64,000 nucleotides of DNA from the human T2T-CHM13v2.0 reference genome, Homo sapiens. Every line of letters starts with the position of its first letter. Position 1 is the stretch's first letter. The position numbers and the translations under genes are program-made. The notes under the pieces are model-generated. The model searched no databases. It was not told the DNA's origin and saw only the letters and a program-made list of their open reading frames with translations. Below are positions 44,147 through 59,579 of this stretch, one piece after another. The DNA lies in the NCBI RefSeq assembly GCF_009914755.1, contig NC_060928.1. The stretch is one strand, 5' to 3'.

Positions 44147-45459
44147 CTGATAACAGGTACATGCTGTATACATTTGGTGATGGTATTGATAACTGCATTT
44201 CACAATTCCCATTTCACAGAGTCAGAAATAAACTGTTCCTTACTCAAATCATAAGAAATCATGACCAAGAAGATAATCTGTTTCTCTAGGAAAATGGCAT
44301 TTTGAATATTGGAATTCCTGCCCCTTAAATAAGAACAAAGCTTATTATTATCATAAAACTTGAACAGTCCATTAGCTCCAACTCATAATCTCCCATTCTG
44401 CAGCCCTACCCTAAAAAAATTCAGCTGATAATGATTCTCAGTGAGCACAGACATTATGAAAATACATTATTACTGAGTAAATTTCTATTGCAATTTTGTC
44501 CACAATTACCACCTTATTGAAAATCTATGATGTAGTGCTTTATGGTCTGAAGCCTGACAATTAAACTGAAACAATATTCATTGATTTTTAAGGCTCTCAA
44601 TACCCGGAACACAGGTTATTAATAATGAAAAAAGTGACTTCTTAGGCAAATGAACCAGCGATTTGGCAATGGTTTTGCTAATTTCTCTCTGAAACACATT
44701 TCCTAGAGGATTTAAAGAATGTTATTTGGTTACTAATTAGCTAATATACATAACTCTTCGATCTGGCATTAAGTGGGTCAGGATTTTAAGTGTACTTTGT
44801 AAGGCTTTAATAATTGTACCTGTGAATAGTGCTATTGAGCCATCATGGAAGGATATGAGCTTTGAATTGCTTTTCAAGGGGTAGGGTGGATTTGTAACAT
44901 AGTTGGTGTCTATATCTTTATACCTATGAAATGAAATCAGACAAAATGTTCTGGCTCTGCTGCTCAGCTCACTAGCTGGGCAAGTTGTTTAACCTGTCTA
45001 TATCTCACTTTCTTATTGGTGAAATGGGAATCTAAGCAATACCTATCTTATTTGGGCATTGTGAATGTGAAATATTCACAATGAATGGATGAAATATATT
45101 CATCCTCTCATCCATTCATTCAACCAATATTTTTGTGGTGTCCACTTGGTCAAGGATGATTTTCTGTTCATTGAAATTATGGCATTGAACAAAGAAAACA
45201 GTGATCATTGTCATGACTCATATAATAAGGAGAAAAAAATTAAAAAAGAAAATGAAGTTGCCAAGTGGTATAACTGATAGGAAGAAAAATAAAGGAAGAT
45301 AAGGGAAAAGAGAGTATATGGTGGGAGGGCAGTCAGTGGAGGCATTTCTGAGGAGGTGATATTTAGCAGAAGCATTTACGAAGATAGGGAGCAAGCCACA
45401 AAAACGTATGACGGGAAGCGTTCCAGGTTGAATGAACAGCAGTATAAAAGTTCCTTTTC

Positions 45460-45835
45460 AGACCCTGACTGAACCAGAGAAAGACCATGAACCTCTTTCC
45501 ACTGTGGATTTTCAAAGTATCTCATAAGAAAGAAATATCCGGCGGGGCGCAGTGGCTCACGCCTGTAATCCCAGCACTTTGGGAGGCCGAGGTGAGCAGA
45601 TCACGAGGTCAGGAAATCGAGACCATCCTGGCTAACACGGTGAAACCCCGTCTCTACTAAAAATACAAAAAAAAAATTAGCCGGGCGTGGTGGCGGGCGC
45701 CTGTAGTCCCAGACACTCGGGAGGGAGGCTGAGGCAGGAGAATGGCATGAACCCGGGAGGCCGAGCTTGCTGTGAGCCAAGATCGCACCACTGCACTCCA
45801 GCCTGGGCAACAGAGCAAGACACCATCTAAAAAAA
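45460..45835 (+). mobile_element. AluY with ~80-bp transduced 5' flank (daughter of the Alu at 52480-52785)
   Basis: TSD AAAAGTTC(C/T)TTTTC at 45446-45459 and 45836-45849 encloses unique segment 45460-45540 plus Alu 45541-45835. Confidence 0.9.
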
Positions 45836-47724
45836 AAAAGTTCTTTTTCTCTGAAGCACATTTTCCAAATACTACATGTTGCTTTTTGTTACTCATCATT
45901 ATTACCCATACGGCTTTTAACTCATTCACAAAAATATGGAGCCCTCAACATGTGCTGTTTGTCCACGAAAGCCCTGCTCTTCGTCTTCTTGCATGTGGGG
46001 CAAAGCTCCTCCGATATACAGGTATAAATCAGAACAGGTAAGAACAGGTGATGTTCTTAATCACTTGCTACTTGCCAGGCCCTGAGCTGAGCACTTTTAT
46101 GTCCATTATCTCATTTGAATCTACATACAAGCATATGAGAGGGCTTCTATACGATTCTCATTTCACGGCAGATGAAGCAAAGACAACAGAGAATAAGAAA
46201 CTAAACCACTATCTCATAGCTACTAGCAGAGACTGAATTTGAATTTAAGCAAGTGCAGGTGTAATATTGAATCTATTCTCAAAGTGTGTGTGTGGACGTT
46301 TGTATCCACCACTGTAGTTGTGGAGAACAGGGAATATGCAATCCAAAACCACAGGCAATCCTGATAATAATTTTTCTGTAGTAAAAATATCCACGAAGTG
46401 TAGGAGACTGTGTTTTATTGACTTATAGTCAACTCTTGATTTTTTCATAGCAGAACGTTAAAGTAAATAATTGAAACTAGCATAAAATTCAAGTCCTTTA
46501 TATTGATTTAACACTTCAGTTAATTTGTGTTACTATCATCATTATTTATTGATTTCACTAGTATAAAATTAGCTTTTTAAACATTTCAGAACACATTTAC
46601 TGACCCTTTAAGACTACGTATAATAAGAGAAAAAGACAATGTAGGACTCAGAAGTATCTTCTTGTTTTACGTATTTCACAGTGTTGAGAAGAAATTATAA
46701 AAGCTACAACTCTTTCAATTGTGAAGTAGAAAACCTTGCCACTCCATATTGGCCAAAATGATGTATTTGACTCCTGTTCTGGATATTTCTGTGATACCTT
46801 TATTTAAAGGTGCTCCAAGGATTTAGTTTATTTGCATTCTTAAAAATTATAGATTGTACTTTTAGATATTTTTGTTTGTGGCAATCATTCTTCTACTTAA
46901 TGATAATAGATAACTCTTATTAGACAAAAATCACTTGAACAATCAAAATGAGTCATACATTTGAAAGGAGAAATTACTATGGTAATTGTTAAGTAATCCA
47001 TGTTAATTCATAAATAATTATATTGCACTTTTTTGAGGGTCATAGACTGATTCAGAAGGTGATGTCAAATTGCAGTTTCAAACATATTCATTTTTGCCAT
47101 GGTCTTGTAGTTTTTAATCCCTTCTTTTCATCCATGAACATTGATGATTACTGTTCTCTTAATAAAACATAAAGTTATTTAGTGAAAAATCACCAAGTTC
47201 TTGTGCAGTTAAGTTGGAATAAATTTAATTTGCTAGTTTTTAGAAATTCCCCTTTCTACTGACAATTTATTTTCACCTTATTTAATGGAATTTGTTTTAC
47301 AGTAGTGCTTTTCATTTAGGAAGCTTGTTATATTTGCAAGTGGTTAAGACAGTAGGTCTTATGTGTTTTTTACCATCACAATTAAAAATTCGAAGTTTAA
47401 AGAAAAGAAACAATTAGAAACACATGCAACTGAGGTCAGTTCTATAAAATTAACTTTGAAATAAAAAGGGGCTCTCTCTCTCTATATATATTTTTTACAC
47501 ATACATATATATTTATGAATAGTTTATATATCTATGTATAACCAAACACACACACACATATATACATTTATATATATATATATATATTCTGTTTACAGAG
47601 ATTCTAATATGCAATTGTACAAAGGGAAATGTTTTTGAGGCTAGCATATTGTTGATGGGGCAATTGTGGTGAAATTATCAGAAAATTAATGGAAATCTGT
47701 TCTGTAATATAGAATAGACTTGAA

Positions 47725-48525
<801 letters not shown>

Positions 48526-49210
48526 ACTTCTACCTTTTTACATGTGGACCTTAAACCTAAACTTTCTGATGACTCACTGTCAATTTATACTCATGAATCA
48601 CAATTATTTTATTGCATAATTAATTATAACAGAACACATTATCTATGTTTTAACTCTTTTGTTTCTGTGTCTGTTCATAGTCTATCAGTGGACACTTCTA
48701 AAATCAATGATTTTTTTCTACTCTAAATAGCCTTCTATTTCTGCCATGCTTATGGTCTGAGAAAGTGTATCTGGTTGATTAGAATGGGTGTTAAGATATA
48801 ATAAACTAACTCTTTAAAAGGATAACAGGTAACGCACATTATGTGATTTCTTGTCACTTATATTGGATGACCACAAGCTTTTAAATTTATGTCTGTACAA
48901 AGTTTTGTTCATGAAAGTGAAAATTACCTTATTTCAGTAAATGTTTTTGAATTATGAATAATACACTAAGTTCAGAGGCTTCCAAGTAAATCATTACAAT
49001 ATATATTTTTGATTATATAGTTTTCTATTTATAATATCACTTTTTTTCAGATGGAGCAAATTAAGCCCTAAAGAATAGGTGATCATTTATTAATAAGGAT
49101 AGTGCCTTGCCTTTTTCAAAGTTTTGAAATAAAATATGATATAAACAATTTAATACAGAGTGAAATTTTGAGGTTTGTATTTTTCCTGATTTGGCCTGGA
49201 CAAATTTTAC

Positions 49211-49297
49211 CTGGTAAATTCCAAGAAGTTTAATAATGCAGTATGTGGTCCTTATCAAAATTTTAAAATGTTTCCATTCTGGAGATATTGTCAATAT
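49211..49297 (-). pseudogene. Weak candidate exon, 87 nt
   Basis: ACACTAG| acceptor, CAG|GTAAAA donor, phase-0 frame open (ILTISPEWKHFKIL...GIYQ). Confidence 0.3.
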
Positions 49298-49584
49298 CTA
49301 GTGTTATAATTTGGTGATAATCGCCTTTCATTTGGTTGATACTTTAGAACTGTTATCTGAAATTATAGTAGATAAATCATGAACAAAATTGTGCATGTCT
49401 AAAGATATGGAAAATAAAGATGGACAGATGTTACTGCTAACTATTACTTAGAACAGAGTCAATTCCTTTGTTTCTCACAGATTTTCCAATGCCATATCTT
49501 ATACTTATGTTTTCATTTTTCTATATGTATTTTCATGTGATAATGTTCAACCTTGTAGATAATTATAAGACTATAGGTTCTTGT

Positions 49585-49884
49585 TGGGCTCGGTGGCTCA
49601 TGCCTGTAATCCCAGCACTTTGGGAGGCCAAGGCAGGCGGATCACCTGAAGTCAGGAGTTTGAGGTCAATCTGACCAACATGGAGAAACCCTATCTCTAC
49701 TAAAAATACAAAATTAGCCAGGCATGGTGGTGCATGCCTGTAATCCTACCTACTGGGGAAGCTGAGGCAGGAGAATTGCTTGAACCCAGGAGAGGAGGTT
49801 GCAGTGAGCCGAGATCACGCCATTGCACTCCAGCCTGGGCAACAAGAGCGAAACTCCATCTCAAAAAAAAAAAAAGAAAAAAAA
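49585..49884 (+). mobile_element. AluSp SINE
   Basis: CTGACCAACATGGAGAAACC and GCAACAAGAGCGAAAC diagnostics. Confidence 0.95.
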
Positions 49885-51299
49885 TCAAGTTAATATCTGT
49901 CATATTTGCTTAACTTTTAATGAATTTATTGTGGGTATCTCAGACTACTTGAAAAGCTTAATATCTATGCTGTACACTATTATTTATTTTAGTCACTTGG
50001 TAAATTTAGGTTGAATTTCCCAAGCCATAAAAAAAATGAAAATCCAGACTTTTCCTTTCTTTACAAAAAAAACTTAAAAATAAGAAGCAATATGTTTATT
50101 AATGTTATAAATTTTTTAACTTTCAATTTTTAAAAAATCAATGACATTTTAAAACATTACAATGTCTCACTTAAAATTTTTAAAAATGCGCTCTGCAATA
50201 ACTGCTTGATTCTGGGAGATGGAGAAGCGGCATGGGGGGCAAAGGAAGCTTTTCACTGTCCTTGCCATTGTTTCTCAGTCTATTAAGTTGATATTGGGAA
50301 ACATATAAACATCTGGAGCTTTTGTGTGTGGAAATCAGTCCCACATTACAGTTCCACACTGTATGTGATGAATCTATTCAGTCTCTTTGCCAAACAGTAC
50401 TGCACATTCTAAGATATTGTAGGGAACTATACCACAGAAAACAAGACCCATGTGCACAAAACTTAAAAATACGTAAAAAGAAAAATTATTCATTGCTCAG
50501 CAAATAAAATCTAAGAATGAAGAGTTATACATAGTAAAAAAATAAGCTTTCTAAATTTTTAATTTAAAAGTTGGTATTCATTTCTTCCATCATGATGGGA
50601 CCTTGATTTACTTGTTGATCAAATGTGCTAGTTAACTTTGTAGAGTTTAAATCAAATTACCTATTAAAGCTAGTTTCTTGGATGGTAACATGTATGGTAT
50701 GCCAAAAAAATTAGAAATAAAATGAGACAAATTTAAATGATTTTAACACATAACTATTAGACAAAATTTATCCTTCCACACACATTTGTAAGACTTGTTT
50801 CCAGGTATTTGGAAGTAACTTCGGAAATTTGACTTGAAATGAATACATATTCATTTTTTCATCTTAAGAAGTCTTTAGACATTACATATGCTTCAGCAGG
50901 AGCCTAATGGATGAATTAGATCTCTCAAAGCTAAGTTATAAGGAAATCTTTATCAGCAATGTCCCATGCAGAAGTAGAATGCTAGATATTATAATTAAGT
51001 ACATCCCCAATCCTCCATGAATTGGCAGATTATATAAGATTCACAATCGCTCTCATTCAACAAACTGAATATCAATACATTGATGTTGCATTCACCTTCT
51101 CTAAATAGAATGAATTTCTGACACACAAAAAAGTTGGAATGAACATTGAGGAAAATGAATTTAAACCTAAGGTGGGTGAAGGGTTTATAAGAAAACCCCT
51201 AGCAATTTTAAATGTGTTCATTTCTCCAGGTCTGAGGACTTGTCAGGGAATAGAGACATTTCACCATGGAGACCACTGGCAGGGGCTCTGTGTGAGCCA

Positions 51300-51570
51300 C
51301 TGAAGACGGAGAGGTGCTGGAAGATGCCTACTCTGATCCTCTGAAAGGGAAAGCAGGTGCCTTTTGTAAACTACATGTCTGTGACCTTGACATCAATTCC
51401 CCAAATGATTCTAAATCCAATTATTAAACGAATGATTTGTGAGCCCCTAGGAGAGGAAGGCGTAATCATTAAGACCCACCATGGGCACACTAAGTACAAT
51501 TCATGCCACACTAACCTCATTTATTTTTCAGACAGGGTTGATGGACTAGCAGATCAGAGAAAATAGACAT
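51300..51570 (+). mobile_element. L3/CR1 LINE reverse-transcriptase relic
   Basis: NYMSVTLTSIP..IL..IIK..IC......VI...HHG.TK..SC.TNLI.F.DRV matches the CR1 RT pattern NYRPVSLTSIP...QHGF.K.KSC.TNLI.F.D. Confidence 0.85.
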
Positions 51571-52479
51571 GCATATCAGTGGAATGCAAATATCTAAAGG
51601 AAAGAACCATGACAGATCTGGTGGCCTGGGGGTTTCATTTTTCTGATATTTGGGGAGTTTAGCAGGAATTTGGCTCAGGAACACTCAGTTAGCTCAGAGA
51701 TAGATTGGGTGATGACAGCCTTGAGTGCCAGAGGCTCTCTTTCCTAATAAAGCCATCTCTTTGACTGGCTAGAGTGTTGCCATTGCTACATAATGGTACA
51801 GAGGGTCGTCCCATTTTCCTATCAATATTGATAGTACTGGGCAAGGTGGAGTGGGGTGGGGGTTGTTACTGGAATGCTGATTATGGTGTAACCTCGGCTG
51901 TCCAGCTCTGCCTAGCCTAATCTGTAGGACCAGTGTTCCAGAATTGTGTACACACTGTGACTTGGCTACTTTTAATATTTATTTAAGAAAAAATTCTAAT
52001 GCATATTAACACCAGATCTAGAGATATGTGGCCATAATACCTTTGCAGGGAACAGAACTTCAGAAGAGTTAGGATAAAATCAGCTTGTTAAATGTCTATT
52101 ATATATACACGAGTAATCTCAGTTCTTTTATGTGTTTATTTCTCCCAGTAACTGCTTTTTTGTCTTTCCCACTGCATGCTTAGGTCCTTAACAACACTTT
52201 ATTTTCTGGCTCTGCAACTGTTTTGTCACTTGGTTTACTAGAATAGCAGAATTTTAACGTTTAAGCCTCAGACTTATTCCTTTCTAACTTTGGTTTCACG
52301 TTTAATTCAAAAATGATCTCACTCCTTTCCCCAGAGCAGACCACCAAAGTATGTACAGCTGCTTAAAGTAGGGGAAGGCAGGTGTGGTCAGACCCCAAAG
52401 TCTTGGCTCCTTCTTCATTTTCTAGGCTTAGGAGCCTTTGAGGTTAAGGATAGAGATGAGAAGTGGGAGATTTCTTTCT

Positions 52480-52785
<306 letters not shown>

Positions 52786-53881
52786 GGATATTTCTTTCTT
52801 ATGTGATACACAGTTGCAAAGAGGTTCATAGTCTTTCTCTGGTTCAGTCAGCGTCTGTGTAATGTCAGTGGCTCTGATTATGCTGTAGTCTTTGCGAATT
52901 GGTGTGCCTGAGTTTCTTGAATTAAGAATCAATTTTGTCTTTGCCTTTTCTAGCTTGAGAACACCACTTCCCAAGGAGGGTTTCCATGTATCCCTTTGTT
53001 CTCTTCAGGTATGGATGCCTCATCCTTTCTCCAGGACAGGCTTAGCAATCACCCGGCTTTGTAGTTGCCTGTGGAGATGTGCTGCTCCTGTCCCACCTCC
53101 ATCCTCTGCGTTCCTCGTGAGAAAGCCACAAGAATGGCAGACCATCTTTTCATATGACCTGAGGTGGCTGGAAACTGGAATGCCATGGAGCTCTTCAAGG
53201 AGGGATTAGCGGGGACCAGAGAGATTGTGTTACCTGCCTTCAGGAATCTCTAGACTGGAAGGTGGCACTGGGTTCCATGCTCATTTGTGCCCCTAAAATT
53301 CAGAGATCACTTGTTAAGCATCCCACTCTTCTTCACTCACATGTGGGATGGGTACAGAAAGCAACAAACCAGCACTCTCTTAGGCTCCTACAATGCTCTC
53401 CCATGAACTCTGTGGGAGCTCATGGGAATGCATAAGAACTGCATTCTTATGGTGGCAATTGGGTAGATCTATAAGTTCTGCCTATCAGTATCCTCCATCA
53501 GAAGAATGAGATAGCACTCTTTCACTCGGAGGATGATCTTTTGAAATCTCTCTCACTTCTCTTGAAGAAGGGGAAAGCACCTTCCCTCCCTCCCCCATGA
53601 GGAAGTGGGAGAATAACCTCGCACAATATTGCATACTTCATCTACAGGCTGACAACCACCTAGCTTCTCACTCCTCTTTATTGACTTGGTGAGGGTGGGA
53701 TGTCAATGGGTTGTAGAGAGTTCTGGCTCCCGTATGGCACTGACTGGCTCTAAATGCAACCTGTTTTGTGATACCTCTCTGAAGTTCAGCTACCTTGCCT
53801 TTAGACGTGATCTCCAGGAAAATGTAACAAAATTTTTTCTCTCTCTCTCATCAAGTGGTTGGGCTTCCCCTCAACTCTCAC

Positions 53882-54093
53882 ACCAATAAAAGGACTATAT
53901 TGAGCCTCTCCTGAGAAGTGTAGATCCCATTTGGCTGACTGGCTCTCTTGTTTCTTTATTATTTGTTCTTCTGGCATCCAGCATTGCAGATTACATTTAA
54001 CAAGTAATTGAGAACTTGTGCTTTTAAGAAACACTGTGAAGACGTGTGGTTGTATCAATATTTTATGAAAGATTTGGAGAAAAAACACCAATC
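53882..54093 (-). pseudogene. Candidate exon, 212 nt (phase 1-0), fully open
   Basis: Strong acceptor TTTCTTTTCTGTCCATATTTTTTCCAATCCAG|G, donor GGT|GTGAGA; GLVFFLQIFHKILIQPHVFTVFLKSTSSQLLVKCNLQCW...SPFIG. Confidence 0.6.
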
Positions 54094-55212
54094 CTGGATT
54101 GGAAAAAATATGGACAGAAAAGAAAGAAATAAATGAATCAAGCACTAGAGAAAGAGAATGAAAATTTATAGAGTCAGAGCTATTTTAATTAATGTAATAT
54201 AATAATAAAGAAGATATTTTCTCCAAATCCATTTTGTTTCTGAAATATTGGAGGTACATGGAGGAGAGGTAATATTAGGATCTTTAAAAATGAACCAGTT
54301 CCAAAGGATATTATTTCAAAACTATTGCCAAACACTGTTTCCAATAGATTTTCAAGCAAAGAGAAAGATTATGAATTTTGAAAATGTCATATGCCCTTTA
54401 TTAGTGTCAAAGCGAGTTATCTGAATACTGTATGGATATTGTAATAACTGTTCAGATGAATGGCCATTTGATGGAGTCAGGATAAACAATGTTATAATAA
54501 ATTGTTATGATTACTATTATATTTCAAATATTTATTGATGTTTACGGGGAAATACATTTTCTAAAATACCCTAAGGGTGAATAATATGATGAATCAAATT
54601 AGCTGAGGTTGATTTGCATATGTGGAGGGGGCTTCTGACCTGTATTTAATGTACTTATAAAAACCAAAACCTGTGACTTTAAAGAATCATTTATAGATAT
54701 ATTTTGAGAGAGATTATATAAATAAGAGTCAAAACCATATTAAAACTGTAAGATAAAATTATGATTCTCATAGCAAGTGAGGGGTACAGAGTTGCTTACA
54801 CTAGACACAGCCCCTTGGCCATATTAAAAGCTGACAAACACCTTCTTTTGATTTGGTTGACACCCGGACCTTTTCTCCAATGGTAGAGGCTGGCAATGAG
54901 GATTGGAATTATTGTCGATGATATATGAAAAGCAACATTTTGCATAAATATACAAATTTAGGCATCAAAATTTAATGTATGAAGTTTAGGTTGTATGAAT
55001 GTCAAGTATTTGAAAGCCAGGGACATTTCCCCTAAAAAGTTAATTGTAATTTAAAACACAGTAGGTGATTTCACTCTCAAAATATATTTCTTTTGGTTTC
55101 TAATGTCTTATAGTCTTACTTCTTCCTAAACATTGCCATTCAAACACTTTTTCTTGCAATTTTCCAATATTCCTTGATATTTATCTTTTTAAGTCATTTC
55201 CATTAGTGTCTA

Positions 55213-55496
55213 TTTTTTTTTTTTTCAGACGAAGTCTCGCTCCTGTCCCCCAGGCTGGAGCGCAATAGTGCGATCTCAGCTCACTGCAACCTCTGCTCCC
55301 GGGTTCAAGCAATTCTCCTGCCTCAGCCTCCCGAGTAGCTGGGATTACAGGCTCCTGCCACCAGCTGGCTAATTTTTGTATTTTAGGTAGAGATGGGGTT
55401 TCACCATGCTGGCCAGGCTGGTCTCGAACTCCTGACCTCAGGTGATCCGCTCACCTCGGCCTCCCAAAGTGCTGGGATTATAGGTGTGAGCCACAA
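55213..55496 (-). mobile_element. AluSq-like SINE with TSD
   Basis: TSD TAGTGTCTATTT at 55204-55215 and 55497-55508; lacks the first ~10 nt. Confidence 0.95.
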
Positions 55497-56328
55497 TAGT
55501 GTCTATTTCTTAATCACCCCCCACAAGTTGATCAATCTTTGGGCCATACTATATAATAAATAGATTTTAACAAGAACATTTTGAGATGGTTACAGGTCAC
55601 TTTTCTTAACTTTATGTTACCAGTCAAAGTAACAACAGACTTTTTGCCACCGTTTTTCACAAACATTGATAGAGGCACTTGCGATGTAAAAATATTACCC
55701 TCTCTTTCTCATGTGTAGTTAAAGATTTACTTTTGTAGACAATTTAAACGTGATCTATTCCACAGTGTTGAAGAAGAGCCTCTTCCACAGATGTACTGTC
55801 TCCACATAGGACTAAAGAGACCCTCCAGCCGGTTACTATGTGTTTGCTACCTTTGGGAGCTCTTATTAGTTAGCTGTCATCACTAAAAATTCAAAGCACA
55901 GGATCAGAGAAGCAGTCATGCATGTTTTTTGCCCATTTGTGGCTGTACACAGTTGTGGAGAAATGGGATTATGTGCCTTTAAGAGCAATCAACTTCAGTT
56001 CCTTTAACAGCTGTACATTTTGATCAAAGGATTATGTTAGGAGGGTTTTTTTTCTTCTATAGCTTTTATTCAGGGAAATGAGGTTAGTTGAAAAAGTAGT
56101 TTAAAAGAAACAACTTAATAAGCATATGGAATCACATAGAAAAATACAGTGACTAATGGGTGAACTTGAAGCCTTCATTAACATCTAACTACAGATTTAT
56201 TGCAAGCATAGAATGAACAAGACTGAACTGACATTGGTCATGCTTGCCAGCTTAGTTAATTAATTAATTTACCTAGGGGCTCGAATATATTTAAAATCAC
56301 ACTATTCTTGGTGACAAAGTATTATTTT

Positions 56329-56620
56329 TGGCCAGGCAGTAATCCTTGTGCGTTGGGAGGCTGAGGCAAGAGGACTGCACAAGGCCAGGAGTTTGAGAAC
56401 AGCCTGGGAAACATAGCAAGACTTCCATCTCTACAACATTTTTTTTTAATTAGCTGGCCGTGGTGGCATGTGCCAGTAGTTCCAGCTACTCAGGAGGCTG
56501 AGACAGGAAAATCACTTGAGCCTAGGGTTAGAGTGTAGAGTGAGCCCTGATCATACCACTGCACTATAGCCTGGGCAACAGAGCAAGACCCCATATCTAA
56601 AAATACATAAATAAATAAAT
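56329..56620 (+). mobile_element. AluJ SINE
   Basis: CAACATAGCAAGAC-type and TTGAGCC J diagnostics, diverged. Confidence 0.9.
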
Positions 56621-57557
56621 AATTTTAAAAAAGTATAATAATACTTTTAAAAACAGTATTATAGAAATCTTACATAACAGACTGGTTATGATATAAGAAA
56701 CTATAGGCTTACACATTAATTAGAAATCTGTAGATTTATGCCTCATGAGCTATAATCAGTTCAGAGCTGAAAAGTTTTTTAAAGAATAGAAAGAGGTTAA
56801 AAAAAAGGATAAATATTATTCTTCACTACAGTTTATTACTAGCTTTCTGTCTAACTAGTAAGAACTAGAACCTACACAGAAATGTTAAAAATATATATTC
56901 ATACACAATTCAATACAAATATCCACGTATATCTGTTCTGTTTATTTTCTCCGCACCAAAAGATATGGCTTCCTAAGAGCCTCAAATTGTCATGAAGCAG
57001 AATCTTTTTATTTTTCATAAAAAATTAATTTATTCTTAAGAAAGTTCTAGGGATACCAAATAGTAAGGTATTAATGAAAACAACTTTATCCCTAGCCAAA
57101 ATTCCAAGTCACACGCTGAAAAAAAAAAAAAAAATCTGCAACTCCAGAAAAAGAGGTCAGGAGTGACAGTATTTATGTGGAAAAAAACTTCGAAAGTTAC
57201 AATCAATTTCTAACTGTTCAAATTACTATAGGAGACCTATGACATAAATTATTATAAACCTGAGAAAATTGGCTCTGCATATCAAGCCATAATTCACAGC
57301 ATTCCATAACATTTCCATTTAAAATGCTAGATAAGCTATTCTACTTGATAACATAGAAATTAACCTGTGCAAATACCTTCACATACTGCAAAGTACAGTA
57401 AAATCTATAGCAAATATCATGTCATAAAATCTAAATGCATAACATACACTCAACACCATTAAAACTCCAAGTAAAAACTCCAATTAAAAATAAAGTGTTA
57501 TTTATATCAAAAGATAAATATTTTCGTGTGAGAAGAAATTTTTATCAATATACTTAC

Positions 57558-57844
57558 AAAGAAGCATAACAATAAAAGCTTCAGTCTTCATTCAATCTCT
57601 TTAATTAAAATTTGGACATACCAATAATAAAGTCTTCCTAAAACATCTATTTATAATTGGAAACTTTCCACTGAACCTCGGGCAAGGAGAATTAATATGT
57701 AATTTTGTTTAGTTATATTAATGTTTGTCTGGAAAAGTTGGTATAAACTAAGAAATGAAGTCAAGATCTCATTCAATATTGGTTTACTATTGGCACTGAA
57801 TGAGAATGACCGAAGAAAGAAACTACATGAAGATTTGAGAGAAA
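57558..57844 (-). pseudogene. Candidate exon, 287 nt (phase 1-0)
   Basis: Acceptor CCTTCTAATTCTGAATTCACAG|, donor TTT|GTAAGT; ...KPILNEILTSFLSLYQLFQTN...SFQL*IDVLGRLYYW..., 2 stops in 95 codons. Confidence 0.45.
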
Positions 57845-57939
57845 CTGTGAATTCAGAATTAGAAGGCAAAGTTCATAATTATATGCACTCCAGACAATAT
57901 GCTACCATTTTCCCAAAATATGGCCTCCCTCAGAATGAA

Positions 57940-58560
57940 GCCAACAAAATGGTGGAATAGAAGTTTTCTGCTATCATCTCCCCACATTGTACTGATTTTG
58001 ACATCCACCCACCAGACAAAAGTACTCTTGTGGGAGTTCAAGAGTTCAGTTGAGAAGTTCCAGTAATGTAGGAGTAAAAACATCTTAGAATAGACACAAA
58101 GAAAGGGGTAAAACTTTCACCTTACTCATGGCACCCAAAGGGCACACAGCTCAGTGCCAAGAGAGACCCCCTTGGCCAATGATTCCTCCCACAGGTGAAA
58201 CTGAGAGTGTAATGAGCAATTCCCCTGCTTTCCCACATCTTTCTCACCCCACCAAGAACACTGAAGGGATCAGCATGGCTGAGTGGCTGGGGGAGGCAAT
58301 AAGCAGGGAAGAGATGTTTGGATGCCAACAGTCAGGGCTTTGAACTTAACAAAAACATGTATCCCAGTAACCACTATGCAGACTCCATCAGCCCCCACAC
58401 CCTCCCCACCCCAAGGAGCTACCTGGGATGCCTCACCTGAGAAACTCCCAACTGACCTATAGGCACTCCTAATGCTCTCTGCACCTCACCCCCATCCCCC
58501 ATTGTAATTGGCTTACTGAAATCAACCCCCAGACAGTGAGGGCAAGTCTTTGCAGCTGGC
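57940..58560 (+). mobile_element. Ancient L1M 5'UTR-like fragment
   Basis: CAAAATGGTGGAATAG resembles the L1 CAAGATGGCGGAATAG start; GC-richer body. Confidence 0.55.
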
Positions 58561-58574
58561 TCACTATTCATTGA

Positions 58575-58930
<356 letters not shown>

Positions 58931-59579
58931 GAACACTGTACTAGAAATTTTTTTAATCCCTGTATGTTAAAGATGATACATACACTACCTCTCAGCTTCT
59001 TTCTCCTTTCTAGTTCTAGCTATTAATATTTATGTAATAAAAACTCCAGTAGCATTCATAACACTTACATTCTCCCCTTTAATCATAATAGATATAATAC
59101 TCAGCATCAATCTGCAATATTTACTCCCATACAAGCCTTGATTGGCTAAAACTCATCCTGTCATAACTTTTGAAGAAAGGTTTATTGGCACCGATGTTTG
59201 AAAATGTTTGGTGTTGCCTTTATACTCTAATCCCAGTCTACCTGACTGTAACATTCTTAGTTATAACTTTCATTTCCCCAGAAATCTATGGACATTCTTA
59301 CTCTGGCTTCTAAAAGCAAATATTGCTCGAAAGTATGAACCATGAAGCAGATAACTTTTCTCCTTATACACAACCAGTTCTTTCTACCTGGGTAAACAAA
59401 GAACTCTTTATCTTTGAAGTCCAGACATTTTAGTGAAATACTGTTTTTTACATTATGTTTACCTTTTTCTTACATATAGTATATGTTTTAATCTTCAGAT
59501 TCAAGAAATTTACTCTTTACAATATGGCAGTTTAATATTTTTTAATTCAATAATTTAATTAGCTTCAGTCCCATCTAAT

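Noticed and set aside
44510-44702. Possible further minus-strand exon (GNVFQREISKTIAK..., 1 stop)
   Set aside because: Acceptor plausible but donor and phase unresolved; revisit with alignments.
46245-46448. ORF with FVDIF...LPV resembling the RGS22 N-terminus
   Set aside because: No convincing splice sites and it runs into a MIR; too weak to call.
50171-50426. Possible further minus-strand exon
   Set aside because: AG/GT present but all frames have stops and phase cannot be linked.
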